NCBI GenBank assembly: GCA_038120095.1
Contig: JAYOKZ010000012.1
Span: 541 to 64,540, forward strand
Reading direction: 5' to 3'
Source of the DNA: Gemmatimonadales bacterium
Lineage (GTDB): Bacteria; Gemmatimonadota; Gemmatimonadetes; Longimicrobiales; Gaopeijiaceae
DNA: 64,000 nucleotides
Shown here piece after piece: positions 29,730 to 37,865 of this stretch. The notes beneath the pieces are model-generated. The model was given only the letters and a program-made list of their open reading frames with translations, searched no databases and had not been told where the DNA came from. The stretch's first letter is position 1. Every line of letters starts with the position of its first letter. Position numbers and translations under genes: made by a program.

Positions 29730-31689
29730 CTTCCTGCCCCCCGTACCGCAGGCGAACGACCTCACCCCGCGTGACGACGGAGCCGGAGGTGGGATACGTC
29801 TGAGTCACCGTCCCCGGCCCGATGTCGGCCACGCGCAAACCATGCCTGTGCAGCTCGCGGATCGCTGATCGAGCCGAGAACCCCGACACGTCGGGCACGG
29901 TGACGCCGGGGTGGCTCCCCTGCTCTTCGGAACGCTCGGGCTCGAGAGGGATCGTGAAGTCCGTGACGGCGTAACGCGTGTAGAAATCGGGGGCGACCAC
30001 GGCCACAGGGCGCTGTGCCGCCCCAGCCAGCTTTTCGAGGTTGAGGACGTTCGCAGCGAGCGCCGCCTCCATCGTGACCCTGGTCACCGGGGCGGCGACG
30101 GCCCCTCCGTAGTACGTCGCGCCTCCCGGGCGGTCGAGCTTTACGAAAATCACGAGCTGCGGGTCATCGGCCGGGAAGTATCCGACGAACGAGGAGGAGT
30201 AATCGCCCCGTTCATAGCGCCCGTTGGTGGCGAAACGCGCCGTACCGCTCTTTCCGGCAACCTGGTACCCCCCGATACCCGCGGCCCCACCCGTTCCATG
30301 GTCGACGACGTCGACGAGCGCTCGTCCCAGTCGCTCAGCTGTACGACGGCTCACAACCCGCCGAATCTCCTGAGGCTCGTAGCGCTCCACGACCGTCCCG
30401 TTGGCGTCCCGAACCTCACGTACCAGACGAGGGCGCATGAGCACACCCCCATTTGCGATCGCTCCATACGCCATCGACATCTGAAGTGGTGTCGCAGACA
30501 TTTCGTACCCGATCGCGAGCGACTGCGGGGACTGCAGGCTCCAGCGGTCGGGGGCATAGAGCGACCCTGAGACTTCACCGGGCAACTCGATCCCGGTCAT
30601 CGTGCCGAAGCCGAAATCCCTCAGGTTCTGATATTGCAGGCCCGAGGGCAGGGCCAGCGCAGCCTTGGCCACTCCGACATTCGATGACTCGCTCAGCGCG
30701 GCTCGGAGGGTGATCTGCGGGTCGTCTGCATGGGTGTCGTTCAGCGTTCGGCCGTTGATCGTCCAACGACCGTCGCCGATGTCGATGACGTCGTTCAGAT
30801 CGGCGAGACCGTGTTCGAGGAGCGCCGCGACGGTGAACACCTTCAGCGTCGAACCGGGCTCGAACGGGGCATTGATGGCCGAGAGGGCCGCGATATTGTC
30901 GCCACGCTTGGAGAACAGCGCCTTGATCTCCCCCGTGTGGGGGTCGGTGATCAGGATGTCTCCACCCAGGGCATCGTGTTCTTCGATCGCATCCAGAAGC
31001 GCAGATTGAGCGATTTCCTGCAGTTCCATGTCGAGCGTCAGAACCACTTCGCCCCCGGCCCGCGGCTCACTTACCGTCCGTCGCTGCCCGGGGATCTGGT
31101 TACCCCTGCTGTCGCGAGCGAAAATCTGAGCACCCGGCGTCCCACTCAGGTGCGCATCGTAACGCTGCTCGATTCCCCCGCGCCCGTCTCCATCGAGGAC
31201 CACTCCCGTGACGCCACGAGCGATCTCTCCATGCGGGTAGTAACGTTGGTACAGGGGTTCGAGGTGGATGCCCGGCACTCCAAGCAGGGAGTCACGGACG
31301 GCGAGCGAGTAGAGTCCGACATGGTTCCAGCCCGACCCTCGTGAGACGACCCGGCTGGCTCGTGCCGGGCTCAGGCCGAGAACTCCCGTGAGCCGCTCCT
31401 TTACGGCCTCGGTGTTTCGAATCTCTCCGGGCGCGACGTAGATCTGCACGCGCTCGCGAGTGACGGAGAGAGGAACGCCATCTGCAGCGAACACCGTGCC
31501 GCGGGCCGCAGGCAGCGTCACCGCGCCGGTCTGCTGGCCTTCAGCCTGCTCCTGCCAATCGGCAGCCTGAAGGATCTGGATCTGTCCGGCACGCAGCGTC
31601 ACCGCAGTGATACCGAGCAGCCACACGGTCAGAATCGTCCGTCGTCGCCAGGGGTGCGGACGATGCAGCGCGGATCGTTGGCCGCTCAC
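29722..31689 (-). CDS. ftsI: Penicillin-binding protein 3-like transpeptidase FtsI with a C-terminal PASTA domain
   Basis: 655 aa. N-terminal TM, transpeptidase motifs (PGSTLKVFT = SxxK; SESSN = SxN; KSGTA = KTG-like), and a C-terminal PASTA-like segment VTVPDVSGFSARSAIRELHRHGLRV.... Confidence 0.9.
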   Translation of the reverse strand: MSGQRSALHRPHPWRRRTILTVWLLGITAVTLRAGQIQILQAADWQEQAEGQQTGAVTLPAARGTVFAADGVPLSVTRERVQIYVAPGEIRNTEAVKERLTGVLGLSPARASRVVSRGSGWNHVGLYSLAVRDSLLGVPGIHLEPLYQRYYPHGEIARGVTGVVLDGDGRGGIEQRYDAHLSGTPGAQIFARDSRGNQIPGQRRTVSEPRAGGEVVLTLDMELQEIAQSALLDAIEEHDALGGDILITDPHTGEIKALFSKRGDNIAALSAINAPFEPGSTLKVFTVAALLEHGLADLNDVIDIGDGRWTINGRTLNDTHADDPQITLRAALSESSNVGVAKAALALPSGLQYQNLRDFGFGTMTGIELPGEVSGSLYAPDRWSLQSPQSLAIGYEMSATPLQMSMAYGAIANGGVLMRPRLVREVRDANGTVVERYEPQEIRRVVSRRTAERLGRALVDVVDHGTGGAAGIGGYQVAGKSGTARFATNGRYERGDYSSSFVGYFPADDPQLVIFVKLDRPGGATYYGGAVAAPVTRVTMEAALAANVLNLEKLAGAAQRPVAVVAPDFYTRYAVTDFTIPLEPERSEEQGSHPGVTVPDVSGFSARSAIRELHRHGLRVADIGPGTVTQTYPTSGSVVTRGEVVRLRYGGQEDD

Positions 31690-31967
31690 GACTCTCCACC
31701 CTTGCCGAGGATGACGATCTGCTCCGGGCGCGGCGTGACCATCCCGATCGCTTCCGCAGCCGGGACGATATGGCCAAGGCTTCTGCGGACCAGTACCTCA
31801 CGCTCGAGCTCGACCTTTTCGGCCTGAACGACCGAAACCTGCCGGCGGAGGCCGTCGAGCGCCTGATTGGCCTCGAATGCCCTGCTTTGGCGCCAGGTCA
31901 CGAACCCGAGTGACAGCAGTAGAAAGGTGAACGTAAGTGCCGCGCGGCCGAGTACCTGGGCATCCAT
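31686..31967 (-). CDS. ftsL: FtsL-like small bitopic division protein
   Basis: 93 aa from ATG at 31965-31967. It has one TM (LTFTFLLLSLGFVTW) followed by a coiled-coil-like segment. Position between rsmH and ftsI fits. The start overlaps the rsmH stop (TGATG). Assignment is positional and architectural. Confidence 0.5.
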   Translation of the reverse strand: MDAQVLGRAALTFTFLLLSLGFVTWRQSRAFEANQALDGLRRQVSVVQAEKVELEREVLVRRSLGHIVPAAEAIGMVTPRPEQIVILGKGGES

Positions 31968-32887
31968 CAGGCCGCCCTCCGCCAGGCACGCAGCCGCGCA
32001 CTTCGGGCGCGAGGGTTTCGGGCCACCTCCTCTTCCGATGGCCGGAGTACTTTTCGGGTCAGGGTCTCGCCAAGGGGCTTTCCCCGACAGGCACAGAGGG
32101 GGAGCTCCGCCGGGCAAACGCACGCCCGACTCCACTCCCGGAAGGCGTGTTTCACCGCACGATCTTCCAGGGAGTGATACGCGATCACCACGAGAACCCC
32201 GCCAGCCTTGATCACGTCGCGAATGGCAGGCAGGCCGGCCTGCAACACGTCCAGCTCCTCATTCACGGCGATTCGCACCGCCTGGAAGATCCGTGCCTTC
32301 TCCTTTGTGCTCGGGGACCGCCCCAGGGCAATAGCCATGGCAGCGACGAGGTCATCACTCGTCGACAGCGGATCGGTGGCTCGACGCTTCACCACCTCAC
32401 GGGCCAGACGGCGAGCCCTCGGCTCCTCGCCGAAGTCCCGGAACACGCGCACGAGCTCGTCCTCGTCGGATCCGGCCAGAAACGTGGCAGCGTCTCGCCC
32501 GGCCCCTTCCATGCGCATGTCGAGGCGGGCTCCTCGGCGGAACGTGAAGCCACGCTCATCTGCATCCAGCTGGTGCGAACTGACGCCAAGGTCGAGCAGC
32601 GCACCATCGAGGCCACGATCCCGTATCTCCGGATCATGGACCACCAGATCGAATCGAGTGAGGGCGAACCGCACTCGCGCCCGCAGATCGGCGAGCGAAC
32701 TGCGCGCCTCCTCGAGGGCCTCCGGGTCGCGATCCACCGCAATGACCCGACACGTTTCGCACGCATCGAGGATCATCCGGGTGTGCCCACCCCCACCGGT
32801 CGTCCCGTCGAGGTAGAGACCCTCCTCCCCGGGAGTCAATAGCTCCAGCACCTCGTGCCCCATGACCGGTTGGTGATAATCGGACAT
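31967..32887 (-). CDS. rsmH: 16S rRNA (cytosine1402-N4)-methyltransferase RsmH/MraW
   Basis: 306 aa with the motifs HQPVMGHEVLELL, DGTTGGGGH, LDLGVSSHQLD and AYHSLEDR. Confidence 0.94.
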   Translation of the reverse strand: MSDYHQPVMGHEVLELLTPGEEGLYLDGTTGGGGHTRMILDACETCRVIAVDRDPEALEEARSSLADLRARVRFALTRFDLVVHDPEIRDRGLDGALLDLGVSSHQLDADERGFTFRRGARLDMRMEGAGRDAATFLAGSDEDELVRVFRDFGEEPRARRLAREVVKRRATDPLSTSDDLVAAMAIALGRSPSTKEKARIFQAVRIAVNEELDVLQAGLPAIRDVIKAGGVLVVIAYHSLEDRAVKHAFREWSRACVCPAELPLCACRGKPLGETLTRKVLRPSEEEVARNPRARSARLRAWRRAA

Positions 32888-32892
32888 GACCG

Positions 32893-33324
32893 TCAGCCGA
32901 ACAGCTTGTGGGCGAACTGCGTCAACTCCCCTGCCTGTTCCGTCACGACCTCACCATATGTCGCCGGATCCCAGAGTTCCACGCGATCGAGGTTTCCGAT
33001 CAGCAGGATGGTCCCGGAGAGATCGGCGGCTCCCTGGAGCGCGGCAGGCACGAGGATTCGACCCTGTTTGTCCGGAGACACCTCCACGGCCTGCCCGATG
33101 ATCATCCGAACCTGATTCCAGGCGGCAGGATCATTCCGGCGGAACTCGAGCAGCTTCGCCTGCACTTCCTGCCACTTCTCCTCAGGAAACAGCGTCAGAT
33201 AGCGCGGCTCCCACTGCATCAGAACGAAGCGGTCGCCTTCGGCCTCTCGACGGAACGCCGAGGGGAGGCTGACGCGCCCCTTCTGATCCATCTGATGCTC
33301 GTATTGCCCGACGAAACCGTTCAC
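32893..33324 (-). CDS. mraZ: Transcriptional regulator MraZ
   Basis: 143 aa with a GTG start at 33322-33324. Two SpoVT/AbrB-like halves are present: DQKGRVSLPSAFR and PDKQGRILVPAAL. It is the first gene of the dcw cluster. Confidence 0.92.
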   Translation of the reverse strand: MNGFVGQYEHQMDQKGRVSLPSAFRREAEGDRFVLMQWEPRYLTLFPEEKWQEVQAKLLEFRRNDPAAWNQVRMIIGQAVEVSPDKQGRILVPAALQGAADLSGTILLIGNLDRVELWDPATYGEVVTEQAGELTQFAHKLFG

Positions 33325-33337
33325 TCGGTGCCCTCAG

Positions 33338-33363
33338 GTGGTACGAAGTGGGGAGAAGTGGGG
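33338..33363. promoter_or_regulatory. Three direct repeats with exact 10-nt phasing (GTGGTA, GTGGGG, GTGGGG on the + strand): putative MraZ operator
   Basis: Read directly: repeats start at 33338, 33348 and 33358. They lie between the predicted -10 and the mraZ start. MraZ operators in other bacteria are short G-rich TGGG-type repeats with about 10-nt periodicity. Confidence 0.6.
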
Positions 33364-33374
33364 AAGCAAGGCCC

Positions 33375-33404
33375 ATAATACGGCAGATTGGAGTTCGACG
33401 TCAA
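33375..33404 (-). promoter_or_regulatory. Sigma70-like promoter for mraZ / the dcw operon (TTGACG-N18-TATTAT)
   Basis: The minus strand reads tgactcTTGACGtcgaactccaatctgccgTATTATgggc. The -35 is at 33399-33404 and the -10 at 33375-33380. It sits about 50 nt upstream of the mraZ GTG in an AT-richer region. Confidence 0.55.
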
Positions 33405-33487
33405 GAGTCACTTTTGGTGATTTTTTCGAGCGTGGCCTGGCGTGCCAATACGGACTTAAACCGTGTAAACGCTCGACATTGGTGGTT

Positions 33488-33515
33488 TTGCCCCGTAAAC
33501 AAATTTTTCTAGAAT
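33488..33515 (+). promoter_or_regulatory. Divergent sigma70-like promoter element on the + strand (TTGCCC-N16-TAGAAT)
   Basis: Read directly: TTGCCC at 33488-33493 and TAGAAT at 33510-33515. No protein gene lies downstream on the + strand before the hairpin at 33613-33643. Confidence 0.3.
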
Positions 33516-33556
33516 ACGAACAAAAACCGAAGATCTTTTCGTTGCCACGGCCGACG

Positions 33557-33572
33557 GTGGGGACAAGTGGGT
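33557..33572. promoter_or_regulatory. Second pair of 10-nt-phased GTGGG repeats (GTGGGG, GTGGGT): possible distal MraZ box
   Basis: The + strand reads cgGTGGGGacaaGTGGGTaagg, in the same orientation as the proximal triplet and about 200 bp away. Confidence 0.4.
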
Positions 33573-33602
33573 AAGGTCGCGGGCGACACGCGCACCCCAA
33601 GG

Positions 33603-33643
33603 ACAAAAAAACAGCGCCCCGGGGGAGCTTCCCCCGGGGCGCT
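33603..33643 (-). terminator. Rho-independent terminator of the TPR gene
   Basis: Perfect 14-bp GC-rich stem (AGCGCCCCGGGGGA / TCCCCCGGGGCGCT, 33613-33626 and 33630-33643) with a 3-nt loop. On the minus strand it is followed by G-TTTTTTT (A-run at 33605-33611). It lies about 45 nt after the stop at 33687. Confidence 0.85.
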
Positions 33644-33686
33644 TGTTCGGTCGCGGCAAACAGCCGCGTCCTGCGTCAGATTCGCA

Positions 33687-35429
33687 TCACCGGCCGCGCT
33701 TGATGATTGCTTCCTGAATCTCGATGTACGTGCCGACGTTCCCCTGGAGCTCGGTGAGGTTGAGATTCACCGACGCCGGATATCCACCAACGTCTCCCAG
33801 CAGCTGGAGAGCCTGTTGGAACGCCGGCAGCGTGGCCTGAGCAGACTGGAGCGTGTTCGGCTCCTGGTCCACGACAGCCTTCCGGTACAGGCTGAACGCG
33901 TGCCAGAAGTTCATCTGGTGGCGCATCTCCTCGGACAGGTTCGGCAGCTGCTTGCCGGCGATCATTCCGTCTACCGTGTACTGGAAGTCGTCCTTCTGGT
34001 AGCCGTTCTGATACGCCTCCGCGAAGACCATCCGGCCGGCCTGCTCGGCCTGCGCCGGATTGCTCTCGGCGGCGCGCGAAAGAACCGTGACCGCGTCCTG
34101 CAGACGACCGGCCTGAATCAGCCAGTTACCCTGCCGCAACGCAGCACTCGGGTGATCAGGGTTGATCTCCATCACGCGATCCAGGGCGGCGATCGCATCG
34201 TCGAGACGATCCGACCGCTGGAGGGCGTCGGCGTAGAGAACCCAGAGCCGATCCTGCGTACCGTGGGTCTCGAGAACGCGCTCGCTCATGGCGAGTGCCG
34301 CGTCGAGCTCTTCAAGCTGAATGTACGCGGAGACCACGTTGGCAAGGTGGCCGACAGGCGTCTCGGCACCCTTGGCCTCGAACACCTTTTCGTACGACGC
34401 GATCGCCTCGCGATAGTAGCCGACAGCCTCCGGGGCGACGGCGTCCCCGCCATTCTGAGCGCCAACGGCCGCCATCTGCTGGATCTCGAGAGCTGCGCTG
34501 AAGGCAAAGCCACCATACTGCTCGTGGAGATCGACGTTCTCGGGGTCTACGTCCAGACCCACCTGGATGAACGCCATCGCACCAACAGGGTCACCAGCCT
34601 GCGCCAACTCGTACGCGATCCGCATCCGGATGGCCGCGTTGCCGGGATTGATGTCGAGGTACCGCGAGTAATAATCGCGGGCCTTGTCGTCCTGCTCGCT
34701 GACGGCGGCAATGTACCCCGCCAGCTGCAGCGCATCCTCGTGGAAGGGATTCTGCTCGATCACCGTCTCAAGCTCGACGAGTGACTCGTCCATCCTCTCC
34801 ATCTCGTACAGAATGCGCCCCCGCAGATATCGCGTTCCGATCTGGCTGGGGTTCAGCGCGAGGGACTCGTCGCAGTTGCGAAGCGCGTTGTCCCACTGCT
34901 GCGACGCATAGTAGTCGTTGCAGATGGCGGCAGAACGCACCGTGGTCGAATAACGCTCGAATTGCTCGAAAATGTGCTGAGCCGCCTCACGACGCGTGTC
35001 CTTGGTCGCGGGGAACGTCTCGATCGGGAACGACTCGGAGCCCTGAATGTCCCAGACCTCGGCGGTCACCGTGAAGTTGTCACGCGACACCTCGTTGTAG
35101 CTCGCGCAGATCGCCACGGGGATGTTGATCTGAGACGCAAGCTGCCGCGTGTAGAGGCAGTTGAGGTCCTCGATCTTCATGTCGAAGCGCTTCGCTTCGT
35201 CCTTGATGTCACGCTCCTCCATGGCGACGTGCGTGGGGAAGTCCTCGAGGAGCTTGCGCAGTTCCTTCGAGACATCCTTTCCGAACCCGTCGTCCGCGTC
35301 TTCGAGAGGTTCGAAGTACGGGATGATTACGCGAAAGCGCCCACCATCCTGCGCCGCGAGCTCGGCCACAGGGGCAATCGCAATGGCGCCGATGGCCAGA
35401 GCGAACGTCAGCTTAAGCCGTCCAAGCAT
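33687..35429 (-). CDS. Secreted tetratricopeptide repeat (TPR) protein
   Basis: 580 aa. Signal peptide MLGRLKLTFALAIGAIAIAPVAELAAQ and multiple TPR-like A/Y/L-patterned repeats (for example ALQLAGYIAAVSEQDDKARDYYSRYLDINPGN). Confidence 0.75.
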   Translation of the reverse strand: MLGRLKLTFALAIGAIAIAPVAELAAQDGGRFRVIIPYFEPLEDADDGFGKDVSKELRKLLEDFPTHVAMEERDIKDEAKRFDMKIEDLNCLYTRQLASQINIPVAICASYNEVSRDNFTVTAEVWDIQGSESFPIETFPATKDTRREAAQHIFEQFERYSTTVRSAAICNDYYASQQWDNALRNCDESLALNPSQIGTRYLRGRILYEMERMDESLVELETVIEQNPFHEDALQLAGYIAAVSEQDDKARDYYSRYLDINPGNAAIRMRIAYELAQAGDPVGAMAFIQVGLDVDPENVDLHEQYGGFAFSAALEIQQMAAVGAQNGGDAVAPEAVGYYREAIASYEKVFEAKGAETPVGHLANVVSAYIQLEELDAALAMSERVLETHGTQDRLWVLYADALQRSDRLDDAIAALDRVMEINPDHPSAALRQGNWLIQAGRLQDAVTVLSRAAESNPAQAEQAGRMVFAEAYQNGYQKDDFQYTVDGMIAGKQLPNLSEEMRHQMNFWHAFSLYRKAVVDQEPNTLQSAQATLPAFQQALQLLGDVGGYPASVNLNLTELQGNVGTYIEIQEAIIKRGR

Positions 35430-35717
35430 GGCTTACTCTCCTTGGGATTTCCCCACTGTTCCACCTGCCGCAGTGCGACAGGGTCGTTCGGACCGATTTC
35501 CGAACTGGTTTCAACGTCCTAAACCGATCGGAGAACGGAGATCCCTCGTTCCGGAACACCAATCGCAAGCTTGAGAAATTATTCACAAAGTACGGGTCCG
35601 GCAAACGAAATCGTTCGACGAAACCCGGTCCCGGGTCTCGTTACCCGAGGGATTCGAGCAGCCGGTCGGCCGATCCACCCGCACCGCACCCCGCCGAGAA
35701 GGCCCCCTCTCTCAGCC

Positions 35718-36167
35718 TCACGCTGCCTGAAACGGGCCATCCTGAGCCTCGAGTTTCGCGCGAAGTTCCTCGGAAAGAGGCACCGACACGCCCACGGAGT
35801 AGTCGTACATGACCTGCACCGTGGACCCACTCTGCAGCCTCTCCCCCGATGCTGCCCGAACCTCGTACTCCATTTCGAAGTGCTTGCGACCGACTCGGGA
35901 GACCCGAACGCCGACCCTCACCGTCTGCGGCCAGAGAACGCGACCATGCCATCGAACTCGGCACTCGGCGAGGACGTAGCCGAGATCGTCCGAGCGGGGT
36001 TGGCCAACCACCCGACTCCAATACGCCCAACGCGCCTCTTCGAAGTAGATGAGTGCGTCTGCGTGATGAGCGTGACCCGCCACATCCACGTCGCTGAATC
36101 GGACAGGTACGTCGTGCCAGAAGCGAAAGTGTGCGCTGTCGGCCCCATCGGTCTCGTGTCGTTCCAT
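35718..36167 (-). CDS. Acyl-CoA thioesterase, 4HBT/YbgC-like hotdog fold
   Basis: 149 aa from ATG at 36165-36167. VRFSDVDVAGHAHHADALIYFEEAR is typical of the 4HBT family, including the catalytic Asp region. Confidence 0.7.
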   Translation of the reverse strand: MERHETDGADSAHFRFWHDVPVRFSDVDVAGHAHHADALIYFEEARWAYWSRVVGQPRSDDLGYVLAECRVRWHGRVLWPQTVRVGVRVSRVGRKHFEMEYEVRAASGERLQSGSTVQVMYDYSVGVSVPLSEELRAKLEAQDGPFQAA

Positions 36168-36340
36168 GGTCCCTGATCTTGTGACGTGTCCGTATCGCAC
36201 CGGGCATGGGCAGGCCCGCTTCCGAGTGTGAGGGAAGGACACCCGTCGTCGGCTCCGCAATCGGCTTCGGCGAGGACGGCGAACAGAGACCGACTGCGGG
36301 CTCCCGTGACTCGCGACAGCCGACCACTTTATGTTGAGAG

Positions 36341-37162
36341 ATGAACGCTACTCAGGCAAACCTCCGCCCCGCCCAGACTCGCGTGGGCGTGCTCCTGCTC
36401 GCAGCGCTCCTCTCCTCATGCTCGTTGGGTTACAAGACGAGTTCGGGACATCGGTCGCAGTCGGAGGCGGAGTGGCGCGCTCTCGGGACGCCCCGCCCAA
36501 CTCCTTTGTCAGGCGCGACACGGCTGACGGTGACGTCGTTCGACCTTGGTGATCGAGATCTCGACCTCGAAACGATCGGTATCGACGCGTCGGTCGCCGT
36601 CCTCGAGTTGGCCACCGCCGGTCTGTTGCGACGCCGCGACGTCCACTTCGTCGAACGCCGACGCTTCAGCGTTGCAGCCGCGGCGGAGCGTGCCGGACTC
36701 GAGCCGCCTGCCGGTCGCCCACCCGTTGGTATCTCGGTCGGAGCCGAGTTTGCAGCAGCGGCCACCTATGCAGAAGTCACCACCGAACTCGCCAGCCTCG
36801 AGGTACGGCTGACGAGCCTCCAGACGGGAGAAGTCGTGGGCGCGACACGCCTTCAGGTCACCCCGGGAGCCGATGCCGTGCAGCTGGGACGGTCCATGGT
36901 GAGCGGAATCCTCGCTGTACTGGACGAACTGAACCGACGCCCTCTCTGGGATGATCCGATGGCCGCGACACGGGAGTCGGAGCGGGTTCGGGAGGACATC
37001 CTCGCGAACTTCCTGCAAGGTCTGGCCTACGAAGAAGTGTGGGATTGGGAAGAGGCCCGGGAGGCGTACCAGGCCGCGGTGGATGTGGACTTCCCCGAGG
37101 CTGCGGCAGCGCTCGCGCGGACTGCACGACTTCGATTGGGTGGGACCCTGGCTGAGAGCTGA
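36341..37162 (+). CDS. Lipoprotein, unknown function
   Basis: 273 aa. Signal plus canonical lipobox LLSSC. The C-terminal region is helical and TPR-like (LQGLAYEEVWDWEEAREAYQAAVD). Confidence 0.55.
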   Translation: MNATQANLRPAQTRVGVLLLAALLSSCSLGYKTSSGHRSQSEAEWRALGTPRPTPLSGATRLTVTSFDLGDRDLDLETIGIDASVAVLELATAGLLRRRDVHFVERRRFSVAAAAERAGLEPPAGRPPVGISVGAEFAAAATYAEVTTELASLEVRLTSLQTGEVVGATRLQVTPGADAVQLGRSMVSGILAVLDELNRRPLWDDPMAATRESERVREDILANFLQGLAYEEVWDWEEAREAYQAAVDVDFPEAAAALARTARLRLGGTLAES

Positions 37163-37168
37163 CTGGCG

Positions 37169-37747
37169 ATGACCCCGCGGTCTTTCATCATTTTCGGCAC
37201 CTTGTCGGTGGCCGTCGGAGCCTTGACCATGCCTGTAGAGGCGCAGGCAGTTCACTGTCAGTTCCGAGGCGCTCCCGAGGCGCTCGCCGACCGACCGAGC
37301 CCGCTCGACTCCGTCTCCATCCGGCTCGGAGACGGCGAGGCGAAGCTATGTTACGGACGCCCATCGGCCCGGGGTCGAACGATGATCGGGGGGGTCGATC
37401 CCCTCGGGCAGCCGTGGCGGATGGGTGCCAACGAGCCAACGACCCTGCATGTGCCCTTTCCAGCACGCCTCGGCTCCGTGGATCTCGAGCCGGGCGCCTA
37501 CTCGCTCTACGCGATTCCGGGAGCGACAGAGTGGACGATCGTGGTAAACGCCAATGTCAACCGCTGGGGCATACCGATCAGCCCCGACGTCCGATCCTCG
37601 GATGTCGGCAGCTTCGTGGTCCAGCCGACCGAGTCGCCCGAACACGAGGAGATGCTGACCTTCAGCTTCGTTGGGGCGGACGCTGCGGGAATCCTCACCT
37701 TCCGCTGGGAAGGAGCGGTCTGGGACGTAGCTTTCTCACGCCGATGA
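37169..37747 (+). CDS. DUF2911 domain-containing secreted protein
   Basis: 192 aa with a signal peptide. CYGRPSARGRTMIGGVDPLGQPWRMGANEPTTL...GAYSLYAIPGATEWTIVVN matches the DUF2911 pattern as I recall it. Confidence 0.65.
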   Translation: MTPRSFIIFGTLSVAVGALTMPVEAQAVHCQFRGAPEALADRPSPLDSVSIRLGDGEAKLCYGRPSARGRTMIGGVDPLGQPWRMGANEPTTLHVPFPARLGSVDLEPGAYSLYAIPGATEWTIVVNANVNRWGIPISPDVRSSDVGSFVVQPTESPEHEEMLTFSFVGADAAGILTFRWEGAVWDVAFSRR

Positions 37748-37865
37748 CTCGGGCGGGGGAGGCGGCGCCGGCCGTGGTTCTCCAGGTTGGGAGAGACGAC
37801 GGTCCGCCCTCGACCATCGGAAGCCTGCCGGGCCCGTGGAAGCTGGTTCAGCAGGTCTCTGCCTG

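Noticed and set aside
33338-33572. GTGGGG repeats as a CRISPR array or mini-satellite
   Set aside because: There are only 2-3 copies of a 6-nt core with 4-nt spacers, at two sites. Their position in the mraZ control region fits transcription-factor boxes, not a CRISPR array.
33334-33659. Track ORFs in the mraZ-TPR intergenic region (33334-33606 -, 33338-33574 +, 33456-33659 -) as protein genes
   Set aside because: They lie in the AT-richer promoter and terminator region, overlap each other, have no RBS or motif support, and have odd composition.
35617-35642. Imperfect palindrome (GACGAAACCCGG-TC-CCGGGTCTCG) downstream of the thioesterase gene as a terminator
   Set aside because: The loop is too small, the stem has a mismatch, and the trailing T-tract is weak and interrupted. 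Not reported as a feature.
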